Positions 9,037 to 16,150 are shown, counted from the stretch's first letter. The stretch: DNA of 39,186 bases from a virus (IMGVR_UViG_3300008110_000512:1-39186); one strand, 5' to 3'. Numbers and translations are program-made. The notes: a model not told the origin generated them from the letters alone.

Positions 9037-9152
9037 CACTTGCCTCCGTTGGACTTGGACTTGGACTGGACTGGACTGGACTTGGACTTCGGCTTGGGCT
9101 TGTTCTTGTCCCAAGCCCACGGATGGGTCTTCTTCGGCTTGACGGCGGTCAT
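9036..9152 (-). CDS. Small Lys/Ser-rich peptide (38 aa)
   Basis: MTAVKPKKTHPWAWDKNKPKPKSKS...; ATGA overlap with the terL stop. Confidence 0.5.
   Translation of the reverse strand: MTAVKPKKTHPWAWDKNKPKPKSKSSPVQSKSKSNGGK
9051..9101. repeat. GGACT(T) tandem microsatellite
   Basis: GGACTT x2, GGACT x3, GGACTT x2, then CGGCTT and GGGCTT. Confidence 0.8.
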
Positions 9153-11230
9153 CGGAACACCTCTCCATGCTTGAGAAGGGCACCCAGCGTCTCTGGAGCG
9201 TATCCGCCGCCCTTCTCGCGCGGACCGACTCCCTCGTCGCACAGCATAAGCGCGCCCGCGAGCGCGATGACGCGGTCTCCGTGCGATTCCCGAGCGCCAG
9301 ATGAAAGATCCCGAACCGACGCCGCCTCGATCGCGCCGTCGTCCATGACGATGTACTCCAGCATCTCGGTCAGGGCTTCCTGACTCCTCACCACGACCTC
9401 GCCCTGCGCCAGAGCGCGGTTCAGCCCTCCGAGCAGGGTCCGCTTCGACCGACGGGTCGAGTGCCAGCCCACCTTGCCCGTCCTGTTCTCCGATGCCGTG
9501 CCGATGATCCGCTGGCGGTACACCTCCGTGTACCCGATCTTCTCGAAGTCATGGTGCATGGCCGCGCCAGCGCCGTTGACCTCCCACCCCACCAGAGGAT
9601 GCCGACGCCCGCGGTACACCGTCATCGCCGCCTCCACCATCTCGTTCGAGAGATCATGCGGGGGAATGTTCGGATCCGCGAACTCCGCCACCAGTTCACG
9701 ACTCTCCGCGTCCATCACCGCCACAGCCGAATTGGCCGCGCCAGTGCCGTACGCAGGGTCGGCGAACATCACATACTCCCTGTCCCGAGCACCCTCCCGC
9801 CAGACACGCCACCGCCCATTGACGTCGTCCACCATCTTTCCGCGCACCAGTTCGCAACGCCTCGGCATGTCCGCATGCTCGGCCATGTGCCGCGTCACCA
9901 CGCTCGGCGTGAAGAAGTTCTGCCCGCTGCCGACCTCGGTCGCGAACACGTTCTGCGCCATGTCCATCGTGTCGCGGCGGCTCCGCTGCTCCTCAAGCCA
10001 CGGCGTCCACCGATAGATCGACCCCACCGTCCCAGTCACCGTACCGTCCAGATCCTCCCGATCCTCGCCGCCAGCACCCTTCTCAGGATGCTCCGTGTAC
10101 AGCAACTCCACCAGACGGGGATCCCCCTTGTACCGCGCCTGACGCACCAGATTCGCATACTGCGTACCCGCACCAAGCGGAGTACTCACCGCGATCCGAC
10201 ACGCCGTCGCGTCCGCCGCAGACCGCCAAGCAGCCTCCGCATCGTCCATCGCCGCGAACTCGTCGAACATCACGAACGTCCGACGTCCACCACGCCCGAC
10301 GTGCGCCGTACTAGCCTGACCAGTAATCGTGGCTCCAGAGACAGGGTTCCGCAGCATCATGTGCTGCCGACAGTCGGAACCCCTCTTCACCAACCGCTCC
10401 GCAGGCGCTGGCAACAGCCACGGCGGCTGAGTCTCCACCAAGTAGTCCAACTTCCAGAACAGACTGTCAGGGTCGGACGGCTTGTCCACGCCATCCTCCA
10501 CACGACTCACAAGCAACCCCTGCCACCCGTGGAACAGCCACCCCCACACCCCCACCGCCGCCATCAGCCACGACGCACCCATGTCGCGGCTCTTCCGAAT
10601 AACCACATCCCGCCCCTCGCGCACCGCACCCACAACCTCCACCGCCGCACGCTCCTGACACGGCCACAAGACAAACGGATGGTTCGACCGAGCAGTCGGC
10701 ATCTCACGACCCGTCACAGGGTCCGTCTGCTTCACCCGATACGTCCACCCGCACATCTTCAGCCACAACCCGAAGTCGTCCGCAAACGCATCCCGAAAGT
10801 CAGCCTGAGCCTGCACATCCGACAAGGTACTCTCCAGAAACCTCTTCCGAAGAGCAACCACTCCACCCCCAGTACCACTACCCCCGCCTTGTGCATGTGC
10901 AGAACGGGATTCCACAGATGTGCATGTGGGAGAGGGAGAGACGGTACTCGCGATATATTCAACCTTTAGCGCGCGTTGCGCGGGCGTGTGCGCGCCCCCG
11001 CCCCCCCGCGCGTGTACCCCCGCGTCGTGCGCGTCATGCGCGTGCGTCGTGCGCGTAGCGTGCGCTGCGTGCGCCTCAGCGTCCGCGCGTAGCGTGCGTG
11101 CTGCGTCCGCTGCGCGTGCCTGCTCCTGCTCACGCTCTCGTGCGAGCACCTGCTCAGCCGCTGCGCGTGCTGCGCGCTCTGCGTTCGTGGGGCGCCCACG
11201 CTTGCGCGGTGGCGTGCTCACGCTTGCCAC
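9149..11230 (-). CDS. terL: Terminase large subunit with a low-complexity N-terminal extension
   Basis: Walker A-like VIRKSRDMGASW, Walker B FVMFDEFA, coupling motif VSTP, and nuclease motifs FADPAYG and HGDRVIA. Confidence 0.92.
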   Translation of the reverse strand: MASVSTPPRKRGRPTNAERAARAAAEQVLAREREQEQARAADAARTLRADAEAHAAHATRTTHAHDAHDAGVHARGGGGAHTPAQRALKVEYIASTVSPSPTCTSVESRSAHAQGGGSGTGGGVVALRKRFLESTLSDVQAQADFRDAFADDFGLWLKMCGWTYRVKQTDPVTGREMPTARSNHPFVLWPCQERAAVEVVGAVREGRDVVIRKSRDMGASWLMAAVGVWGWLFHGWQGLLVSRVEDGVDKPSDPDSLFWKLDYLVETQPPWLLPAPAERLVKRGSDCRQHMMLRNPVSGATITGQASTAHVGRGGRRTFVMFDEFAAMDDAEAAWRSAADATACRIAVSTPLGAGTQYANLVRQARYKGDPRLVELLYTEHPEKGAGGEDREDLDGTVTGTVGSIYRWTPWLEEQRSRRDTMDMAQNVFATEVGSGQNFFTPSVVTRHMAEHADMPRRCELVRGKMVDDVNGRWRVWREGARDREYVMFADPAYGTGAANSAVAVMDAESRELVAEFADPNIPPHDLSNEMVEAAMTVYRGRRHPLVGWEVNGAGAAMHHDFEKIGYTEVYRQRIIGTASENRTGKVGWHSTRRSKRTLLGGLNRALAQGEVVVRSQEALTEMLEYIVMDDGAIEAASVRDLSSGARESHGDRVIALAGALMLCDEGVGPREKGGGYAPETLGALLKHGEVFR

Positions 11231-11664
11231 TCTGCGAGCAGCATGCGCGCACGCGATGCGTCCCCGTCAAGCGCGATCGTCGTACGCTGGTCCACCTGCA
11301 CGCTCGACCGCTCGCGGTACACGTCGGGCCTGAGCGCCTTCAAGCGCAGCGTGAGCGCGCTCATCTGCGTTGGTGTGCCCTCGCGTTCGCCACGCGCGAT
11401 CTCGTCCGCGATTCTTTCCAATTCTGCCGAGATTCTGACTTCGTAATCTTTCCACCGTTCCGCGAAGTCATTATCGGTCCGACGCCACCGCGCGACTTCC
11501 GCGGGGTTCGCACCGCTCGCGTTGCAAGCCGTTTCCCAACCGTGCTTTAGGTTCGCGAGGAAGGCTTCCTGCTTCGCGCGTCTGCCTTCCGTTCGTGTGA
11601 ACTCAGGCGCAACGTGTGAGAAAGCCACCGCAGCGGAAATCGCAGAATTACCAACCTGTTGCAT
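11218..11664 (-). CDS. terS: Terminase small subunit
   Basis: Directly upstream of terL. HTH-like KQEAFLANL..ACNASG...RWRRTDNDFAERW and LKALRPDVYRER. Start ATG 11664 lies 7 nt after a -10 box. Confidence 0.75.
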   Translation of the reverse strand: MQQVGNSAISAAVAFSHVAPEFTRTEGRRAKQEAFLANLKHGWETACNASGANPAEVARWRRTDNDFAERWKDYEVRISAELERIADEIARGEREGTPTQMSALTLRLKALRPDVYRERSSVQVDQRTTIALDGDASRARMLLAEWQA

Positions 11665-11671
11665 GCTGTTG

Positions 11672-11700
11672 ATTCTACGCCACTTACGTCTCGAAGTCGA
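11672..11700 (-). promoter_or_regulatory. Leftward sigma70-type promoter for terS and the late operon (leaderless)
   Basis: Minus strand TCGACT (11700-11695), 17 nt, TAGAAT (11677-11672), then 7 nt to the terS ATG. Confidence 0.65.
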
Positions 11701-11731
11701 GAAATTTTTTTGGGATTCTCGCATTCTCTTG

Positions 11732-11760
11732 TTGACAGGCGTTGCAACCTGTGGCATACT
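11732..11760 (+). promoter_or_regulatory. Early promoter P1
   Basis: TTGACA, 17 nt, CATACT with TG extension; AT-rich upstream element. Confidence 0.8.
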
Positions 11761-11812
11761 GTGTCCATCGCCGCATCGGTCGGCACCGCACTCAGCACAG
11801 GAACGCAGCACC

Positions 11813-12124
11813 ATGATCCACGCCCTCACCGCTCTTGCCCTCCACGCCGTCACTCAGGACTGCACCCTCTCGCTCTTCTGCGATGGGTGCTGCGAGGTCA
11901 GGCGTACTCGTGACCACGAGGAGGTGCTCGACGCCGTCCGTGGGATCGACGGCACCTGCATGCTGCTCATTCGCAACGCAGCGGGTGAGGAGGTGGGGCG
12001 TGCATACGTCATGTGGCACGGTGAGGGCCTGTGCTCGCCAGACGAGACCGTCGTCGACTACCGCGGAGCGTTCATTGACGCATGGTGGAAGACGCATTTC
12101 AGCCACGAATGCGGCGACGAGTAA
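11813..12124 (+). CDS. Early hypothetical protein (103 aa)
   Basis: ATG after CACAGGAACGCAGCACC; first gene downstream of P1. Confidence 0.7.
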   Translation: MIHALTALALHAVTQDCTLSLFCDGCCEVRRTRDHEEVLDAVRGIDGTCMLLIRNAAGEEVGRAYVMWHGEGLCSPDETVVDYRGAFIDAWWKTHFSHECGDE

Positions 12125-12128
12125 ACGC

Positions 12129-12183
12129 CACGGATCCCCGCTACCTGCCGCGATGCGACCGCGGCAGGGTGCGAGCAACCGTG
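12129..12183 (+). repeat. Intergenic hairpin element H1 (ATGCGAC loop)
   Basis: Stem CCTGCCGCG/CGCGGCAGG around ATGCGAC (12153-12159), extended by an outer interrupted stem. Confidence 0.8.
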
Positions 12184-12216
12184 CTCACACAACGCAACAC
12201 CCACAGGAGTACACAC

Positions 12217-12324
12217 ATGTCCCGCCGCAACGCCACCTACCCGTCCCCGCTCGACGTCCTCATGGGCACCCTCACGTTCGTGATGCTGCTCGCCACCACG
12301 TGGTTCCTCGCATTCATCCTCTGA
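12217..12324 (+). CDS. 35-aa single-TM peptide, paralog A
   Basis: MSRRNATYPSPLDVLMGTLTFVMLLATTWFLAFIL; strong RBS CACAGGAGTACACAC. Confidence 0.7.
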   Translation: MSRRNATYPSPLDVLMGTLTFVMLLATTWFLAFIL

Positions 12325-12347
12325 CCCGCACCCACAGGAGTACAGCC

Positions 12348-12797
12348 ATGTCCTCGAATCACCCCACGTCCGACGCTGAGCGCATCAACCGCAGCACCGC
12401 ACACATCGACACCGTGCTAGACGGCTACTGCGTGGCCGCTCTGTGGTCCTCTTCCGACTGCGGCGATCCCGACTCCGATACCTCGCTTGAAGATCTTGGT
12501 TTCGCACCGTCCGATATCACGGACGAAACGCTCGCCGACATGCGGGCCACGGTCGAGCGGTTCGTTGCTGATAACTGGTCCGATATCGCGTCCCTGCTAG
12601 ATGACGGGTACACAGATTCGGACCTTGGGCACGACCTGTGGCTGAGCGCTCAGGGGCACGGAAGCGGTTTCTTCGACCGCGTCGGCAGCGGCCACCCGTC
12701 CCGCGATGCGTTCGACCGCTTGCAGGCCGCAGCGGACAGCGTGGGCGAAACGCACCTCTGCGTCACCGCAGACGGCGAGGGGGTGGAAGCCTTCTGA
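12348..12797 (+). CDS. Acidic early protein (AALWSS...GHDLWL...GHGSGFFDR family)
   Basis: 149 aa with RBS CACAGGAGTACAGCC; motif pattern recalled from other phage early proteins. Confidence 0.75.
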   Translation: MSSNHPTSDAERINRSTAHIDTVLDGYCVAALWSSSDCGDPDSDTSLEDLGFAPSDITDETLADMRATVERFVADNWSDIASLLDDGYTDSDLGHDLWLSAQGHGSGFFDRVGSGHPSRDAFDRLQAAADSVGETHLCVTADGEGVEAF

Positions 12798-12841
12798 TTT
12801 CCGCCAAATACAGAATCTTCGTGATTTCCTGTTGCAACCTG

Positions 12842-12894
12842 TTGACAGCGACCGAAACACCTGCCATACTCAACCCGTCGGCAACACCGCCGAC
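12842..12894 (+). promoter_or_regulatory. Early promoter P2 plus +1 hairpin
   Basis: TTGACA-17-CATACT, 6 nt, then GTCGGC-AACACC-GCCGAC. Confidence 0.85.
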
Positions 12895-12921
12895 CCCGCA
12901 CAACCCGAACGGATACAGCAC

Positions 12922-13479
12922 ATGAGCACCACTCACACCATCGACTGCGACCGCGCCGCCCTCACCGCCCACCTCACCGCCTGCCTCGAAGCCGACCGAA
13001 TCGAAACGAACGTCGCCCTCCTCGTGGCGAACGCAGTGCACGACTACCTGTCCGTGCAAGGCAAGCGCTTTGACAAGCGCGTCGCCGACCACGTCGGCCT
13101 CTGCCTTGCAAGCGCAGGTTTCGAGGGGGCGCAGGTCTGGTGGAAGAACTTCGAGGGTGTTACCAAGGAAGGCAACCGCTTCGAGGCGTGCTACCGCCTC
13201 AAGGGCACAGGCGAGTACAAGTCGTGCCGCGTCTACCGCAAGGGCACCACTGAGTACGGCGAGTGGTTCGAGAACTACAGCGATGGGCCGACGAAGTGCC
13301 ACGAGCGCCTGAATCGCATCGACGCCGCGGCGGACACGATCGACGCGATCGTCGACGGCATCATCGCGGTCCGCGTAGCCGAAGCCGCGCTCCGCTTTAC
13401 GCTCAACTACGATGGCCTGCACAACGAGATGCACCCGCTCGCCTATGAGGTCACAGAGGCCCGCGAGCGCCGACGCTGA
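12922..13479 (+). CDS. Early hypothetical protein (185 aa)
   Basis: MSTTHTIDCD... after GGATACAGCAC; consistent C-ending codon usage. Confidence 0.7.
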   Translation: MSTTHTIDCDRAALTAHLTACLEADRIETNVALLVANAVHDYLSVQGKRFDKRVADHVGLCLASAGFEGAQVWWKNFEGVTKEGNRFEACYRLKGTGEYKSCRVYRKGTTEYGEWFENYSDGPTKCHERLNRIDAAADTIDAIVDGIIAVRVAEAALRFTLNYDGLHNEMHPLAYEVTEARERRR

Positions 13480-13484
13480 GCGCC

Positions 13485-13541
13485 GACGGCAACCCGCTCG
13501 CCCTCCCCCCCACCCGTGGGGAGGGCCTGCGGGGGATCGTC
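13485..13541. repeat. Intergenic hairpin; inverted relative of H1/H3
   Basis: GCCCTCCCC/GGGGAGGGC stem. 13529-13541 is the exact reverse complement of 14767-14779. Confidence 0.7.
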
Positions 13542-13576
13542 CCCCACAACGCACAACCCGCACAGGAACACAGCAC

Positions 13577-14158
13577 ATGAGCAAGCCCGCATACAACCGC
13601 GCCTTCGAGATCGCCCACAGCACTGGCACCGCCGCCCACCTGCTCGCCACCCCGTGGGGCACGCCCAACACGGCCAAGGGGTCTCCTGTGTGGGTCGCCG
13701 ACGGCATCGTGTGGGTGACGACGCCATCGCACGGCGGCTACCTGCTCAGCCGCGAGCGCTTCATGTCCATGCCCGACACGCTCAAGGCGTTCTCGTTCGT
13801 CGGCACTGGCGCTCCGCAGGCGTTTGAAGAGGACTGCGCGTGGTGTGCCGTCCTACTCGCTTGGCCCTCACTGTTCGGCGCCTCGCAATTGTTCCACGCG
13901 GAACAGTGCGCCAAGCAGTGCAACCCGACGGAGTACGCGAAGTGGGTGGACGCGGGACGCCCGACCGCGGATCTCGATTGGGACGTGCACATCACCGCGG
14001 ACGAGATCCGCGCCATGGTCCGCGAGCAGGAGTACGACCTGACGCCCGCTCAGGCACAGGACGCCGCACGCCGCATCTCGTCCGCCCTGCTCGCCCTCAT
14101 CGCGAAGCACGCCGACGAGATCGCCGAAGCACAGGTGGCGCTTGTGGCCAATGCGTGA
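13577..14158 (+). CDS. DUF7007-like early protein with C-terminal helical extension
   Basis: TPWG...ADGIVWVTTPSHGGYLLSRER...FEEDCAW signature; 193 aa. Confidence 0.7.
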   Translation: MSKPAYNRAFEIAHSTGTAAHLLATPWGTPNTAKGSPVWVADGIVWVTTPSHGGYLLSRERFMSMPDTLKAFSFVGTGAPQAFEEDCAWCAVLLAWPSLFGASQLFHAEQCAKQCNPTEYAKWVDAGRPTADLDWDVHITADEIRAMVREQEYDLTPAQAQDAARRISSALLALIAKHADEIAEAQVALVANA

Positions 14159-14172
14159 CGTGACCCGCACAC

Positions 14173-14191
14173 AGGGCGATGCGACCGCCCT
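14173..14191 (+). repeat. Intergenic hairpin H2 (ATGCGAC loop)
   Basis: AGGGCG-ATGCGAC-CGCCCT followed by TTCCGTTT. Confidence 0.75.
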
Positions 14192-14241
14192 TTCCGTTTC
14201 CCGCCAATTTCAGAATCTCAACAGATTTCCGTTGCAACCTG

Positions 14242-14293
14242 TTGACACACCCCGAAACCGACGCTAGAGTGTGTCCATCGGCAACACCGCCGA
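14242..14293 (+). promoter_or_regulatory. Early promoter P3 plus +1 hairpin
   Basis: TTGACA-17-TAGAGT, GTGTCC, then A-TCGGC-AACACC-GCCGA. Confidence 0.85.
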
Positions 14294-14320
14294 GCACACA
14301 GCACACAAAGGAACACAGCC

Positions 14321-14764
14321 ATGCAGACCAACGCGAACTTCTCCGCCGCCCTCACCATGTTCAACCTCGCCGTCAAGCAGCACGCCATGTCGCAGGCCGC
14401 GTGGTCGATGGGCAACGACGCGAGTCAGGCGTGCGCCCACGTCAGCGATCTCGTGGACGTGCCATACGACACCGTGCGTCTCGCTTGCACCGAGTGCGCC
14501 CTCGTCTACCTCGACAAGCAGCGCCACGACGTGGCCCGCTCGACCTTCGGCGTGTGCCCTGCACTGCAAAACGTCAACGCTCCGACCGATACGATCGGCC
14601 ACCTCTTCCGCCGCTACCTGTTGGACGGACGGAATACCTCGTGGTCGACGTGGTTCGAGCGGAACCGCGCCGCCATCGCCACCGCCTACAGCGGCGTGGC
14701 AGGCGACGAACACGAGGACGCCGCATGGCTCGACGCGATCGGACGCACGTTGGCCTGCCGCTGA
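14321..14764 (+). CDS. Early hypothetical protein (147 aa)
   Basis: ATG after CAAAGGAACACAGCC. Confidence 0.7.
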   Translation: MQTNANFSAALTMFNLAVKQHAMSQAAWSMGNDASQACAHVSDLVDVPYDTVRLACTECALVYLDKQRHDVARSTFGVCPALQNVNAPTDTIGHLFRRYLLDGRNTSWSTWFERNRAAIATAYSGVAGDEHEDAAWLDAIGRTLACR

Positions 14765-14766
14765 GT

Positions 14767-14819
14767 GACGATCCCCCGCTACCCGCAGCATGCGACGCTG
14801 CGGGGTGCGGGCGACCGTC
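14767..14819 (+). repeat. Intergenic hairpin H3 (ATGCGAC loop)
   Basis: CCCGCAGC-ATGCGAC-GCTGCGGG, with outer flanks similar to H1. Confidence 0.8.
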
Positions 14820-14850
14820 GCCCACTATCACCAACGCAAAGGAACACAGC

Positions 14851-15195
14851 ATGATGCTTGCCACCGCAGACCTCACCGAAGATACCGAACTGGATCTTGC
14901 GATCGCATCCCGCAACCCCGTGATGGCCGAATGCGGCGCGATCGTGACGCACCCCGCGATCGTGCCCGACGCCAAGTACGCTGCGTGCCGCGTGGCCGCG
15001 GATGCGTGGCTCATGCAACTGGCTCGCGAGATGTCCGACCGCGGCAACTACGCCGCACAGGACGACAGCGTGCACATCGGGATCGCCCGTGTGGGCGACG
15101 CCTATCTCGCCACGTTCACGCAGGACGGCGAGCGCGTCGTGTCACTCGTCGGCATCAGCGCCGAAGCGTACGCCGCGTATCTGCCGCAGCGCTGA
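14851..15195 (+). CDS. Early hypothetical protein (114 aa)
   Basis: ATG after CAAAGGAACACAGC. Confidence 0.7.
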   Translation: MMLATADLTEDTELDLAIASRNPVMAECGAIVTHPAIVPDAKYAACRVAADAWLMQLAREMSDRGNYAAQDDSVHIGIARVGDAYLATFTQDGERVVSLVGISAEAYAAYLPQR

Positions 15196-15245
15196 TTCCG
15201 ATCCGAACCGATTTCAGAAACTTCACAGATTTCCGTTGCAAGGTG

Positions 15246-15298
15246 TTGACAGCACCCCAAACAGCCGATACAGTGTGTCCGTCGGCAACGTCGCCGAC
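15246..15298 (+). promoter_or_regulatory. Early promoter P4 plus +1 hairpin
   Basis: TTGACA-17-TACAGT, GTGTCC, then GTCGGC-AACGTC-GCCGAC. Confidence 0.85.
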
Positions 15299-15319
15299 AC
15301 AACCCACAGGAGTACAGCC

Positions 15320-15517
15320 ATGCAAGACAACGCCATCGTCATCACGGACCGCGAACTCAAGAGCACGCTCGCCATCGCCTCGAAGCGCCTTGGCTTGGTG
15401 CTCACCCACGAGCAGCAGGTCACGGCCATGCTTCATCTCGTCGCCGCTTGGGAGGACCTGATCTCCGAGAACATCAATCGTCTCGCTACCGAAGCCGTCA
15501 ACAAGACCGTCAACTAA
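15320..15517 (+). CDS. Early hypothetical protein (65 aa)
   Basis: MQDNAIVITDRELK... after CACAGGAGTACAGCC. Confidence 0.7.
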   Translation: MQDNAIVITDRELKSTLAIASKRLGLVLTHEQQVTAMLHLVAAWEDLISENINRLATEAVNKTVN

Positions 15518-15533
15518 CACAGGAGTACAGCAC

Positions 15534-15902
15534 ATGAGTCTTACCCCCATCCGCATCACCCCGACCACCGCATTCATCGACGCCGCGCTGCACAACGACC
15601 GCATCCGCCTCAAGCGCTACGGCTACACGATTGACCCTGCTAAGTTCATCCCCGCGGAAGACTGCTACGGCGACCGCATCAAGGTCCGCATCACGCAGGG
15701 ATCATGGTCCGCTGTGATTACCGCTGAGGACATCAGCGGCGCTGCCGACGGCGCTCCCGACTGGTACGCCGATGCCAAGGTCTGCTCGATGACTGCGGCG
15801 GGGGCCACGCTCGAAACCCTCAGCGACGACATCGAGGCGCTCACCCTGACCCGCGACGTGCTCCGCACCGTCTGCATCGCGATCGGCCAGAGCGTCGTCT
15901 GA
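15534..15902 (+). CDS. Early hypothetical protein (122 aa)
   Basis: ATG after CACAGGAGTACAGCAC. Confidence 0.7.
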   Translation: MSLTPIRITPTTAFIDAALHNDRIRLKRYGYTIDPAKFIPAEDCYGDRIKVRITQGSWSAVITAEDISGAADGAPDWYADAKVCSMTAAGATLETLSDDIEALTLTRDVLRTVCIAIGQSVV

Positions 15903-15916
15903 CCCACCCATTCACG

Positions 15917-15937
15917 GGGGGCGATGCGACCGCCCCC
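15917..15937 (+). repeat. Intergenic hairpin H4 (ATGCGAC loop)
   Basis: GGGGGCG-ATGCGAC-CGCCCCC. Confidence 0.75.
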
Positions 15938-15964
15938 GAACACACACAACACGAGAGAACACAC

Positions 15965-16072
15965 ATGCGCCGCTCCAACGACACCCCCACGACGCTCGAC
16001 CTCATCTGCGGCACGCTCTCGCTCGCCGCCCTGCTCGGTTCCTACTGGCTTCTCGCCGCCGTCCTCACCTAA
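15965..16072 (+). CDS. 35-aa single-TM peptide, paralog B
   Basis: MRRSNDTPTTLDLICGTLSLAALLGSYWLLAAVLT; absent from the ORF track; homologous to 12217..12324. Confidence 0.7.
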   Translation: MRRSNDTPTTLDLICGTLSLAALLGSYWLLAAVLT

Positions 16073-16097
16073 TTTCACACATTTCCACAGAATCCTG

Positions 16098-16150
16098 TTG
16101 ACACGGTAGCGATACCGCACTACAATCCCCCCATCGGCAACGTCGCCGAT
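16098..16150 (+). promoter_or_regulatory. Early promoter P5 plus +1 hairpin
   Basis: TTGACA-17-TACAAT, CCCCCC, then ATCGGC-AACGTC-GCCGAT. Confidence 0.85.

Noticed and set aside
12129-15937. Hairpins as integron attC sites
   Set aside because: No RYYYAAC/GTTRRRY core ends and no tyrosine recombinase in the window.
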